Positions 22,001 to 29,952 of a stretch of 64,000 nt of DNA are shown in pieces. The notes beneath the pieces are model-generated. The model had not been told where the DNA came from, did no database searches, and saw only the letters and a list, made by a program, of their open reading frames with translations. Source of the DNA: Pelagomonas calceolata (Eukaryota); NCBI GenBank assembly GCA_918797485.1, contig CAKKNE010000001.1:1860001-1924000 (forward strand), given 5' to 3'. A program made the translations under genes and the position numbers. Position 1 is the stretch's first letter, and each line of letters starts with the position of its first letter.

Positions 22001-22481
22001 ATCACTGAGGGAAACATTAAACGAGAGGAAAGAAATGATGAACGCCGAGTGTTTTGTTTGCGGCGCCGATCGAGGTACCTTGGAGGAGTACGACATCGAC
22101 AAGGAGGAGCATGAAGGTAGCGAGCACAACAAGTGGAGTTATTTACTTTATCTTGATCACGTCAAGAGGGCGGCGGCGGACGTGGCGCCCGTGACCGGTG
22201 TCGACGCCCACGTCGCGGCGTGTGCTGCTGTGAAGTCGGAAGCTTGGCTGCCCGAGGGTACGTCGTTCAAATTAGAACAGATGATCACCGACGGCGAGGG
22301 CGGTAGGGCGGACGTCGACCATGAATTGAAACCGCTCTATGATGCGATCCAGGAGACAAAAGCGGATGTGGCATCAATGAGAGAGGAGTGGTCCACGAAG
22401 ATCGATTCCATAACCGAGGCTCTTGGGACGAAGGAGGCGGCTTCAAAGAAACCTCCTCTGCAGCGGACGCAGTCCTTCTGA
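13050..22481 (+). CDS. IP3 receptor / ryanodine receptor-like Ca2+ release channel (3143 aa) with inserted voltage-sensor-like domain
   Basis: MIR-like beta-trefoil motifs (FHIRHVVTGRWL, VRLRHACSDRHL), RIH-like QSMTREVKLID and RDNRRNETY, RIH-associated MDGANAANQ, GEVDVRWRGRVERVFF, S6 NVFTGIILDTFSSLRE, zinc finger CFVCG...HEGSEHNKWSY; intronless ORF. Confidence 0.9.
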   Translation: MAHLPAMDTIATLKSLSPKRRRKKDAQVIVDAPPQELRVGDVVFLGDGTDGYLASDALGARVSFKRGEGGGVPTYKLGCLWQLFPDSDYRRRERLVRLGDAFELRKALKAAAVQEKQESDAVVKDVESGALKDTAQYGEEFHIRHVVTGRWLRGDGEPAEGGGGCLRLSLATDLERSKYCRFRIAPGYRARGLGTPVFDGDGVRLEAQALTLSPNHPARLQPTSDNEAALALGSTHNLTVTRFAERAPGQAATGTVDALQFVRLFHREDDTLLVASTNARLKTGPKREPYLRHISRRKESPGKGLWILEFEDPLTGGAFSFERKVRLRHACSDRHLAVAYGERGTKGPAAPELVDLKQDAKKGALVRSLFRLKPVRDHEASSGFACLITHDVRPKSRDGDRTTLYLKASEPKKDRSRRIVFEDNSTVSLGASLGATVEVHIEIGPEALTLQALKAARTAVEEHTEFVRRVGRDEENVDDCAARAKILRAENALRGALSCLRTSNDNDLEAFANAQTEEQHKDDDGDGVDDDVELSFEHTGPVDAAAQSMTREVKLIDALARAIACVKTSGIKYPPAPGEQHDPRFGPLEEFHQLAYAVLVTSVRDNRRNETYFAKGRLVKEENKPEAGAFIDQVIAEVSEPLGAPELLTTLIANNLDLTHQLVDKRMLHQLAGFVGDHGPRPDLAQILAATLSCHGKAIPGVQEMVVSTLFTKDVSELFRRTFLETSVVRGDTAFRACEWPCAKVDDPPDGFLGYEELERGCPPVCVRWLGSASYPDDALFYDAQTLGLRTDSNGWVELRELTRELDDKIYQHALRGAKNEPAATDRINRRRQLAAYYVEQIKLVALCCQDRSYNAIDVFEGTFSYGCCLWVLADDTYPDLLRAAFAFLLRSLHVDRSPHRPRCGYPVLPKRAWAVETLVAPQTPLEHLPRFATNTNNPSTKFYLLKEFVRSYLADRDTCTFNNPARNALTLQVLEVVDDLVDFGFYATSDHLRKLLGPLFSVLASDDHQASEAQQSKTIILRIVGRILGMLGQCLIQAALTEFLAIRDEPQIEVKRKRPKTPKKRRGSLFRSRKIIPVDEAEDRRSSQAERFLALLDPPARNERSDEGLSNEAIQLELRLRKSRALAEAVDLAAMCGKSDSELDELLLRLAGSGSDDLLREVLAVTKALRCPTSQLLRIMEDCVVVDSDAARTIYQTLSSTEQIDPIDTIPHLSGMTAELSDLAQRSEQWVLLSDQRALMFRQRAEDILRTLGRLLDPSLTNDKLKTHQHILLKCGLAPSIMEALEVEKPPDLSDDGSLRAFHEAAGIVASRLLAQHPAAQRAVVDRLAASMLQLVKDESRLELKKTPRRASNDDLRAPKEKSDDLPWKVQWRRAAKKAVAIKAMAAGQSVVHDDHDDAFRLAQCVCGTFGGNSLLCEEKASLFFEPLVGVVERLLEDGGGSAEVACVQALQVLVCPGPRREDVCRRNQKLLDTSLLARLRGSSSIVDAVVVDTPAKRRAVLKDQLVHSSLIALLGLGCRSHNMPVAVDVVSLVPFKQLLWGLCYGNASTIRSYVDVAREGHFDDGSMHAHRLDLYDDVFWGTALRLCALALPADRRLAYVRTADSRNRGDAWFSSLTHSEGQACTVNEIDDSIDDDRLPAQALRLGRPIHLVRNSLPSVRKAAQGAVNAFLRRLLTAREYRGYRVSDVAAAAGSDTAFCFSDLLRRLIDAEEIDLDMPALQEVSKIAQHISMHANGSDDDVSVRDGPCGFGSVQNERFAASMDRYRNIPPQVTEISEEKRLRCVDYARIVGNHDSVAAAVIAEERSLVRAYRHVGDIRDEAEFLQRLTEEDWEVSDQKYRRPGDPRSFHDLRDVALVHFPEYLIDDDPDHWNRLQTRLFAFAARQYQKRGTGEKSGARALIFDMLFAHLCELRAYTWAARDAALQKAAADLQRRKAHKEFARLSAARNASSALRIVNSAPVEVCLILIVIASFLAVYVGGKAYQRSYVAQLAVGVSVSIIFSLELLFRVAAHTAIAKSLTRGLDECFKDPIRYIDLLCIVLELVDLLSLISTKENSGSGFRGAWLRLVKVFRFFKFLKALKAVRLTRLLRSEAVREVLYNFYLFLQAAFGVVDVIQDHSSAMTRATHLREKRTAFRDAQAALLDDSPGQSGAQVLMSVLLAKPSGLRTAALRLATGIVVDANRTAQAWFTERLKDGEVLRVAADEFRATCNHLERHHRRRRAGQHTALDEELLRGCAWTVKFITSLLVGQHGPMQELCTRQASMLAAVNILQELEHLLQALADSTSDDPRLFSSQQSSVEKFLVVGVMECVAASMDGANAANQAFVAASGVPDLLAAFLALPINDVIGEDHLTEIAAYLGRRAAIATLDSMVEGLSLRSPQVQSLRTRLPKGLLSRILNECAPVHRKVRTPRAQPPFDYFIESGDLSSPEALERLHNEKLEAVADLVVRAHALRVKLWHFGVSDGPFSNLLGEVDVRWRGRVERVFFELPEWSGSLTTVARQRFEQNVDLTSAETRMRQLFEDGEGIIREARYLYRIEELSKVFQIVNKRYIPLKYRLYFLALILNLHMMLSSTGDGAITWANSEERGNSTAALCLAIPTLLGYGAMCAYTFICKFKTTVDTHVARTLEERANAHGFDERVEDQFSALLLGSATLAKTQLKSAIGFTTDVTKTIQDTAKNVLADDDDSTANSSAKWVNDMLGEDKNMFKTSSSDDNNVYERMSWWEPCLAYGLGIVVYGLKFGWSLTMVWGTLVLVGLCLPGAFRKARDDPYTTFDLIAIAAYDAITQDLGVCGNLVCVAVALMGFKWQYVWILLLLDILLISDDLQNVLMSVWIPKAQLVLAFYFTLVSIGILSVMTFFVAQQDSTGTMSDTHDWSGENSGGVGPLPAPAHVDDVYDDEYHHNFVCRTPWTCFLRDVYIGLIDGQLFTATLAMEYGDDLDPSDAMKRKNNLARIFIQLVFFIVVTLLLINVFTGIILDTFSSLRETLNERKEMMNAECFVCGADRGTLEEYDIDKEEHEGSEHNKWSYLLYLDHVKRAAADVAPVTGVDAHVAACAAVKSEAWLPEGTSFKLEQMITDGEGGRADVDHELKPLYDAIQETKADVASMREEWSTKIDSITEALGTKEAASKKPPLQRTQSF

Positions 22482-22620
22482 GGGGGGAATTCGTAGTAAC
22501 AAGTTATTAGTTGATTCGTCGCGGCGACGGGCGTGCTGGCGTAGTCTTTCTCCGGCGCGCGCGGCGTGCCGGGCAATTCTGGAGCATGGTAAAAAAAAGT
22601 CGGTCAGTCACTGACTGACG

Positions 22621-22930
22621 ATGACGACGGTACGTGCAACTTGCGGGATTTTTTGGAGAATGGTCAAGTCGGTCGATCATGAATCTAATACCGGTTCCTA
22701 TGTCCTGTGTAATAGTGGGGTCGCTGATATATTTTAGGTTTTAATCCCAGCCCGTTTTAAAGACCTTACCCCTATGACGACGGGTCGCGCAGCTTGCGGG
22801 ATTATTTGGAGAATGCTCAAGTCGGTCGATCATAAATGTAATAACGGTTCCTATGTCCGGTGGAATACCCCGCGTCGCTGTAGTCGCAGCTTTGATCCCC
22901 CGTGCCGTTTTAAATACCTTACCTTACCCC
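22621..22930 (+). repeat. Two diverged tandem copies of a ~153-bp unit (dispersed family)
   Basis: Units start at 22621 and 22774 (ATGACGACGG...CTTGCGGGATT...GGAGAATG..CAAGTCGGTCGATCAT...GGTTCCTATGTCC...CCGTTTTAAA.ACCTTACC). Confidence 0.9.
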
Positions 22931-23129
22931 TATTACTAACCAGTTAGTAACCAGTTGCTGACCAGTAGTTACTGACCAGTAAGTGAAGAGGGCTACCACT
23001 CCTAGGACGCGAGTGGACGCCGGTAGCGTCACGATTGAGTGAGTTAGTATGAACAAGGTTAGTTTAGCAGTGGGGAAGCGGTCGCGCCGGTTTCCGGGCG
23101 CGGGTCGAGCGAGGATCAGCGTGCGAATT

Positions 23130-24293
23130 TCATGGTCTCTCGGGCAGGCGATCGTCCGCGGCGACCGGCTCGGCGACCGAGGACGGCGATTTTGAGGGAG
23201 ACGACCGCTTGCCGAAGAAGGACCAGTGCGACAGCACCTCCTTCTCGCGCGCCCACGAGTCCGATAGAGCGGCAGAAACGACTTTTCTAGAAACGGCCCG
23301 CTGGAACTCCAATAGCGTCCCGGAAAAGGCCTCTACAACAGCATGTCTTTCTAGATGAAAAGTGTGCTTCCCCAAGGCAAACGTACAGTTCTGGATCGTA
23401 CATCGCCCGACGTGCATGAGCTCGTGGTTCGCATCAGTAGCTCTGAGAGCCTTGAAGGACTTGGCCATCGCTTTCTTTTCGGACCGACTCTGGAGCAACT
23501 TGTGGTGCTTCATCCGCAATCGATCGTGATGCATTAAAAAGTTCTCTCTATGACTTTTGGCATCGTTCAGATGCGAGTGCACGGCATCAAAAAATGCGGC
23601 GTGCTCCGCATCCCCATGATGTCGATGGTCCCACAGGGCCTCTTCCGCGAGTCGTTCCTCCTCGTCCTCTTCCAGCAAGGCCGCCAGCGTCGTCGCGAGA
23701 TGTGCTTTTTCTTTCTGATCAGACACCCAGCAGAGCTTCCACCTTAGTTCGGCCTCGTGGGCCTTCCGGCCTCGCGCTCGCGTCTTCCGCCGATCGGCCC
23801 GGTCGATCTCCCGCAAGAAATCCGCATTCGAACTACCGGTATGCGACGTTTCTACATAGACCTCCATCCCCGCGCACGTCATGGCGTCGACCATCTTGCC
23901 CTTGAATCCTACAATGAATGGGAGATGTGTCCCTAGATCGAAGGAGACCATGCCCGCGAGCGACGCACACCCGAGCAAGCCGCCGTGGGCCTTGCAGGTC
24001 AGCTTATGAACCTTCATGAAGTACGCGTGTTGCCAGGTCCCTTCGCTCCCTTTCACGATCAAATTCGTCAATCCGAGCTCGCCCCTGATCGGTCTTACTG
24101 TTAACGCTTCGATGCTGATGGGCACGCCTGCCTTGCGCTCCATCTCTCGGATGATCCTCGCTTTCATCATCGTTTCTACGCGCTCCCACTGCCACCGCGC
24201 TATGATGATGGTGACGGCCGCGAGGCCGGCCCAGCTCGTGAGGAGGTAGAGGTGGGTCGCGACCCAGTGGCCGAGGAGCGCGGCGGCCGCCAT
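23130..24293 (-). CDS. Hypothetical protein with N-terminal TM helix and coiled-coil
   Basis: ATG 24293 MAAAALLGHWVATHLYLLTSWAGLAAVTIIIARW in ORF 23130..24839. Confidence 0.7.
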   Translation of the reverse strand: MAAAALLGHWVATHLYLLTSWAGLAAVTIIIARWQWERVETMMKARIIREMERKAGVPISIEALTVRPIRGELGLTNLIVKGSEGTWQHAYFMKVHKLTCKAHGGLLGCASLAGMVSFDLGTHLPFIVGFKGKMVDAMTCAGMEVYVETSHTGSSNADFLREIDRADRRKTRARGRKAHEAELRWKLCWVSDQKEKAHLATTLAALLEEDEEERLAEEALWDHRHHGDAEHAAFFDAVHSHLNDAKSHRENFLMHHDRLRMKHHKLLQSRSEKKAMAKSFKALRATDANHELMHVGRCTIQNCTFALGKHTFHLERHAVVEAFSGTLLEFQRAVSRKVVSAALSDSWAREKEVLSHWSFFGKRSSPSKSPSSVAEPVAADDRLPERP

Positions 24294-24759
24294 GGGGCAG
24301 CTTTGAGTCGTCGAGCAGAGGACGCCGCCGGGAGCGGCGGCGCGGGCGTCGAGCGGGGGGCAGCGACGGGCGCTCGCGCGCGCGGCGTGACCCCCGGGGG
24401 CCACCGCGACTTGGAACAAGGTGGGAGAGCAGCCCCAGATGCTTTGCTCTTGCCTGGCGGTCGTTGAGCCCCGGTTCCTGCCGGACGCGGTCCCGACGCG
24501 TCGCCGGCCGAGCCTTACGCTCTGCGATGCCCCGGTTCGTTCGCAAACCCGAACCGACCGGTAGTGCTGAAGGTTTGTGTCGTTGCCGTGCCTGCCCCAT
24601 CGGTCCGCGCGCCGCCGACGCGCGCAGGACGGCAGCGCCGTCCCTCCCCGGACGCGCCGTCGCGAGCAGCCCCTCCACAAAAGCGCTCGTGCAAGCCCCG
24701 CCGCGGGAGCGCGAAGCAAGGCCCAAGCGCGCCGTCGAGGATCTGCACGCGCAAGCACC

Positions 24760-27108
24760 ATGTACACCCTCCTGGCCGCCCTCGTCGCCTGCGCCGTCCA
24801 AGCGGAAATAGCGGTCGTCTGCGTCGGCGACTCGAACACGGTCGGGAAACGAGCGGCCAGTGGTCATGACTACCCGGCCCAGCTCTCGAGACTACTGGGA
24901 AGTGGTTACTCGGTATACGCTAAGGGTGTGGGCGGCCGGACCATGCATTCGAAGGCCGACGAGCCCTACGAGGACGAGGAGGAATATGATGATGCGCGCG
25001 AGATCGTCGAGGACGCCGACGTCGCTATTGTCGTGTCCATCTTCGGTACTAATGATGCCAAGGCCGTGAATTGGGATACGGTCAAGGACGACTGGGTCGA
25101 CGAGTACAAGAAGTTTATTGAGGTCTTTGAGGCGTTGGGGGCTACGGTTATCATCGGTATTCCCGTACCGTACCTGGGGAATGATGTCCTCCTAGGAAAC
25201 TACGTGGACATGTGGGCGGAGATCGACGTGTGTCCCATCAACAACGTCATGCCGGAGATGATTCGGCAAATAGCTTCCGATAAGGGCTTAGGCTTGGTCG
25301 ACGCGCAAGCTGCTTTTGTGGATGCGTATGGGGCTTCGAGTGTCGACGACTGGGTCACGTTCTGGAACACGGGCCACTGGGCGGATCGGGTCCATCCCCT
25401 GGACCACGGGCTAGGTGTGATTGCGCAAGCGGTCCATGAGAAGGTGCTCGAGGTCGGTGCGGGTTACGTCCCGACGTACGCGCCTACCTACAGACCGTCG
25501 TACACGCAACACCCGACGGCCGATACTCCTAGACCCTCAGTCGCACCCGCACCGTTTCCGACACCAGCTACTCCCGCACCCTTCGCTTTGGTTGAGGATG
25601 TAGAAAAGGACTGCCCCGTGCTGAGTGCCTTGGAACCGAACTTTTGCCCCCTCACCATGTTGGAACTAGATATACACAACTGCCAGACACCCGGCCTCCA
25701 ACCGGGCGACCTATGCGAGGGCGACGGCGAGTGCGGCACGGATCCTGGATTAGATAACTGCGACGACGCCGATATGTATATTGTCCGCGACGCGGCGCCC
25801 TACGTCCCGTCGACGGCGCCCACGCTCAAACGTATTGATGATGCCTGTCCTGTTTTAAGACAGATGGAGCCCAAGGAGTGCCAGGGCTGGACGATGGCCC
25901 AGCTCGACATCGATAATTGTGCCACACCAGGGTTGGTCGAGGGCGATGCCTGTGAAGGTGATGGGGAATGTGGTACGGATCCGGGACTGAACAACTGCCA
26001 GGCCGGCGACATGTACGTCGTCGTGACGGCCTTTTCGGGCGGGGTGGACGTTTCTACCATACATGGTACTTCTACAGCTCGTAAATTAACTACTGGGACG
26101 TTGGAGCAGTCGGACATGTGCACCTACTTTTATGATAACTACGACCGACTCCACGTCGCCTGGGCGCACTTCATCGAGGGGCGGTTGGCGAGTGACTGCG
26201 ACGTCGAGAAGGGAGTGACCGCGATATCGTGTTCCGGTGAAGTGTTGACGTTCACCGTACTCAGTGCGTCGTGCGCCGACGCCGTCAACGTCATCAATGA
26301 AGATTTGAGATCGAAAGATGAGGACCAGGTCGCGCGCGACTTTGCCAATAGTACGGATGTGTCTGAGGAGGTTCACGACGCGTTCATCGAATTCCTTGAT
26401 CTATACCCATTGCAGGAGATGGATGCGGTGATTGTGACGAAGAAGAAGGATCGAGTGACCGATGCGGAGAAGGTTGAAAGGTTGGCCAAGAGGTACTGGT
26501 GGGCGATAGTTATACTAGGTATATCCACTGGTGTGTTCTGCAAGCTCTACGTGATTTATCATTGCCGCCACCACCACGTCAAGAAAAAGTACCGACAGCT
26601 GAAGGTGAAGCACCGCCATTTGGAGTGGCAGCACGGGCGACTCACTTTTGTTGATGACGCGCCACAATCAGAAGATACAACTCAGGAGCCCTTCATCGAC
26701 CGCGACGCGGACGAGTCAGTAGCGAAGCAGGGCTGGGCCGCTATAAGACATGCTGTCAAGGGGACCAAGGCCCAGAAGCTTGGTGGGATTGTGAGAGAGG
26801 CGTCCCGCAAGGACGTGGAGAATCCCGTCCGAAATGAACACCACATCTCCCAGGCCTTGACGGATGCGAAGCGCGAGCACGCGGCGCACCTCCTGAAGAT
26901 CGCGGACTTGGAAGATGAATTGCGCGTGTCTCGTCTGAATGTCACGCCGGACCGAGGGGACTCGGCGAGCGAGTCGGGCTTCACGGAGGCCATGCACCGG
27001 GCGCCGCCGGCGCCGTCGCCGCGCGGGCCGCCGGCGCCGCCGACGCCGCCGCCTCCGGTCCACCGCACGCCGGGCTCGCCGGCGACGCCGCACGTCGACC
27101 TCGAGTGA
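24760..27108 (+). CDS. Type I membrane SGNH/GDSL hydrolase with Pro/Thr linker and two Cys-rich repeats
   Basis: Signal peptide MYTLLAALVACAVQA; GDS (VCVGDSNT), G (GVGG), N (FGTND) and DxxH (DRVHP) blocks; TM YWWAIVILGISTGVFCKLYVIY. Confidence 0.85.
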   Translation: MYTLLAALVACAVQAEIAVVCVGDSNTVGKRAASGHDYPAQLSRLLGSGYSVYAKGVGGRTMHSKADEPYEDEEEYDDAREIVEDADVAIVVSIFGTNDAKAVNWDTVKDDWVDEYKKFIEVFEALGATVIIGIPVPYLGNDVLLGNYVDMWAEIDVCPINNVMPEMIRQIASDKGLGLVDAQAAFVDAYGASSVDDWVTFWNTGHWADRVHPLDHGLGVIAQAVHEKVLEVGAGYVPTYAPTYRPSYTQHPTADTPRPSVAPAPFPTPATPAPFALVEDVEKDCPVLSALEPNFCPLTMLELDIHNCQTPGLQPGDLCEGDGECGTDPGLDNCDDADMYIVRDAAPYVPSTAPTLKRIDDACPVLRQMEPKECQGWTMAQLDIDNCATPGLVEGDACEGDGECGTDPGLNNCQAGDMYVVVTAFSGGVDVSTIHGTSTARKLTTGTLEQSDMCTYFYDNYDRLHVAWAHFIEGRLASDCDVEKGVTAISCSGEVLTFTVLSASCADAVNVINEDLRSKDEDQVARDFANSTDVSEEVHDAFIEFLDLYPLQEMDAVIVTKKKDRVTDAEKVERLAKRYWWAIVILGISTGVFCKLYVIYHCRHHHVKKKYRQLKVKHRHLEWQHGRLTFVDDAPQSEDTTQEPFIDRDADESVAKQGWAAIRHAVKGTKAQKLGGIVREASRKDVENPVRNEHHISQALTDAKREHAAHLLKIADLEDELRVSRLNVTPDRGDSASESGFTEAMHRAPPAPSPRGPPAPPTPPPPVHRTPGSPATPHVDLE

Positions 27109-27491
27109 GCGGTGGACATCCCCCTCGACCCTGCCTAATTCGTCTATTGCTGATTCCTGTTGCGGGGCTGAGACTCGTCGAAGTGTGCTTTACGCGTGGA
27201 AAAACCCGTTTTGCTGCCTTCATGTTTTTTTCGACAGCTCTCCCTCTGCTCGCTGTGGCCCGGCCGCTACTCGGTTCGCGTAGAGAGAGAGTAGTTCGCG
27301 ATGCCCAGGAGCGTTAGAGGTCCCTCAAGATTTACACATAATAGCAAAGGCGATTCCCTCAGGCCTAAAAGGGAGCGACCAATTCCTAGGGCGCCACAGC
27401 TTAACATAGACGTCCCCGCGCTATTTTTTGGGGCCATTATGATCGTGTTTGTCCTCTGGCCGGCGGCGCAGTGGGCGCTCGGCCTCTAAGC

Positions 27492-28530
27492 ATGAAACTG
27501 CTCCTGCTCGCACTCGTCGCGGCGCGAGCCAAGAGGACGGCCAAAACCTGCCGCCACCACAGACGCCTCGAGGACCTCGCGGACGCGCCGACGTTCAACG
27601 CGTCGACAGCGCTCGACGCCGCCGAGCCGCCGGTCGCCGCCGAGCCGCCGGTCGCCGCCAACGCGAGTGTCGCCCTCCTCTCCGTCGGCCAGCCCCGCGG
27701 AGTCGTAGAGCACCCGGTCATCGTCCGCCAGTTCCGGCTCATGCGGAGCGGACTGCCTCCGCATGATTTATTTCTGACGCTCGTGGGTGATGGCACGCTC
27801 CGCAAACCGACGCACCGCACGGCGAAGCAGCTCAAGAGTCTCTACGGCGCGCGGGGCGTCGAGATCCTCCCAAAAGATGCGCCGCGGCCGTGCTTCGGGA
27901 AGACGCGTATGGATCACGACAGCGCTCGCCGGTTTGTGGCCATGGTGATGCACTTCCGCGCGGGCTACCGGCTCGTAGAAAAGTACGAGCGGCGGCGCGG
28001 GACGCGTTACGACGTCGTCGTCAAAGTACGTCCGGATTTGATTTACTTCGCCCCGTTCCCCGACATCGCGGCGGTGGCGGCGCGGGCCGTGGCGCACGGC
28101 GTGATGACGCGGACGGGGCGGTTCCAACCTGTGTGGAAATGATTAGTGAGGTTATGCGGCGAGCAGGCGTGGGCCGTCCGAAATTTGATTTCCGCACAGG
28201 TTCCAGCGCCTGAACGACCACATCTATGTTTGCCGACGGGAGGCGTGCGGCTCGTACTTCGAGCACCTCCCGGGGCTGTGGGACGCGTGCGACGCCGCCG
28301 TGCGACGGTTCGCCTTTCCTCCCCAGAAGTACCTGTTCCCGGACGGCGCAGAAACGGAGAACGCGCTGCTCGACGTGGCCTACACGCTCGTGCGCCCGGG
28401 GCCCTGCGTCGAGTGCCACCGCGTCGGTGGCTGCGACGCCGCCGGGCAGGGCTGCCGCACGAAGGCCCTCCTCCCTTATAGAACAACGTGCCACCGGCTC
28501 GCCGCCGAGATAGATAATACTAGGTCTTAG
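27492..28530 (+). CDS. Secreted glycosyltransferase-like protein, 2 exons (27492-28120, 28200-28530)
   Basis: Signal MKLLLLALVAA; YDVVVKVRPDL motif; removing intron 28121-28199 joins TGR to FQRLNDHIYVC and to ORF 28300..28530. Confidence 0.7.
28121..28207 (+). mobile_element. Introner-like element (intron 28121-28199)
   Basis: 8-bp TSD GTTCCAAC/GTTCCAGC; TIR CTGTGTGGAAAT...ATTTCCGCACAG; GT donor from the TSD and AG acceptor from the TIR end. Confidence 0.85.
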
Positions 28531-29608
28531 GCGTACAGGTCAGCACGACGCTCTCGCCCTCGCCCTCGAGTTTGTATGTAGCCCCCGTGAACCGCGAGGC
28601 GAAGTGCATCACCGTCTCCAAATGTCTACATGAAGGCTTTGGCAGGCGTAGGCGCGAGGGCCCAGATGCAAACGCCATGCACAGCGCGAGCTGGTCCGCC
28701 GTCTGGTCGTCGACGCCGCCGCCGGCTCTTGTGTGTCGCTCTTTGAGCGCCGCGACGAGTTTCGTGCAAAGAGCTTCAATATGAGGCCGCTTCGAACCGT
28801 CGAGAAAGTCCGCGCCGATCGTCGCGCCGCTCGACGTCGTCAACGCGAGCTGCGCGCCGAGCGTGCCTCTACTCTTCTTCACGGATGGGGCCCACTCCAC
28901 TCGAACAATCACGAGGCAGCCGGGAAACGCTCGGCTGAGTGATGACGAGAGCGCCGCGCGGAGGCGATTGCCTCCATTTTCATCGCCGCGCCCGAACACG
29001 ACGCCGTCGATGCGCTCCGGCGACGCCTCTGTCGCGTCCAGCACGATTGGTTTAATACCATCAGATGAGATCGTAGCTTCAAGAGTCCCACCGCCCTCGG
29101 GCATGAAGCCCCTTTTCACGCAGGTCACGTCCAAATTGACACCCATGAGTTTCAGGTTCGGCGCCAATACGAGACGCGCATGATCTAGACCGGGCGAGAA
29201 GGGCACGTTCGTTCCACCCTTCAGCCTCAGCCTCGTCGTCAATGTAGGCCGTCGCAGCAAACACACCGGCAGCGACGCCTGGAGCATCAATGTCGTACTT
29301 CCTGCGGTCCCCGCGTCCGCTTCAAAAACGTCCTGGTTTATGTCCGTTGCTTTCGATCCACATACCGTGATCTCGACGGCGCCGACGCCGCCCGCCACGG
29401 AAACACCACCGACGGCCGCCGCCACCCTTAGGGACGCGACGTGCTGCGGTCTTAATCCAGGCTTGCTCCGCGCCGCCCTTATGTTCTTGACTCGCACGTC
29501 CTTGCCCAGGCCGACGCCGAGCGCCACGGCGACTCTTAAAAGTTGGCCGCCTCCCTCCAATGTTGCGCCGTCGACGTCTTCGACGGCTGTTGCTGCGAGC
29601 TCTGCCAT
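28520..29608 (-). CDS. RTCA: RNA 3'-terminal phosphate cyclase
   Basis: DGATLEGGGQLLR, NIRAARSKPGLRPQH, GTAGSTTLMLQ, GGTNVPFSP, KRGFMPEGGG, ADQL and catalytic-His region SCRHLET. Confidence 0.93.
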   Translation of the reverse strand: MAELAATAVEDVDGATLEGGGQLLRVAVALGVGLGKDVRVKNIRAARSKPGLRPQHVASLRVAAAVGGVSVAGGVGAVEITVCGSKATDINQDVFEADAGTAGSTTLMLQASLPVCLLRRPTLTTRLRLKGGTNVPFSPGLDHARLVLAPNLKLMGVNLDVTCVKRGFMPEGGGTLEATISSDGIKPIVLDATEASPERIDGVVFGRGDENGGNRLRAALSSSLSRAFPGCLVIVRVEWAPSVKKSRGTLGAQLALTTSSGATIGADFLDGSKRPHIEALCTKLVAALKERHTRAGGGVDDQTADQLALCMAFASGPSRLRLPKPSCRHLETVMHFASRFTGATYKLEGEGESVVLTCTPKT

Positions 29609-29805
29609 CTTTCGTGGCTGTGCTTGAACGTTTGCTTACACTGCCGCGGGCCCTGGGAGAGCACTGCTCAGTTTCCGCGTTTTGCGCTGGCTGAACCTAA
29701 ATTTTTTGCAACCAACGTTTCAAATGGGTCGTTTGCCGCTGCACGCGCGCGTCAGATGGCGCCTGTTGAATCGCTGCGGCCGCAACAGCGATTTTGCGGT
29801 GCTTC

Positions 29806-29827
29806 CTAGTGTCTTACATGCCGCTAG
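29806..29827 (+). promoter_or_regulatory. CTAG-box motif copy
   Basis: CTAGTGTCTTACATGCCGCTAG in the RTCA/FKBP divergent promoter. Confidence 0.65.
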
Positions 29828-29952
29828 CGTCGTCGATTTCGCGGGCTCTCCCGGCTTTTTAGACGGTCGCAGCGGTCTAATTCTTGCAATCTGAAACTGC
29901 ACACGTCGCCAGCAGTCCACAGCGACCGCCGCTGCAGCCACCACCAGAGACC

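Noticed and set aside
22760..22985. CCTTACCCCT and ACCAGT runs as interstitial telomere
   Set aside because: Too short and irregular; no consistent telomeric unit
28640..28730. RtcA possibly an inactive Rcl1-type protein because DDQTADQ lacks His
   Set aside because: The adenylylated His lies in the later SCRHLET motif, which is present
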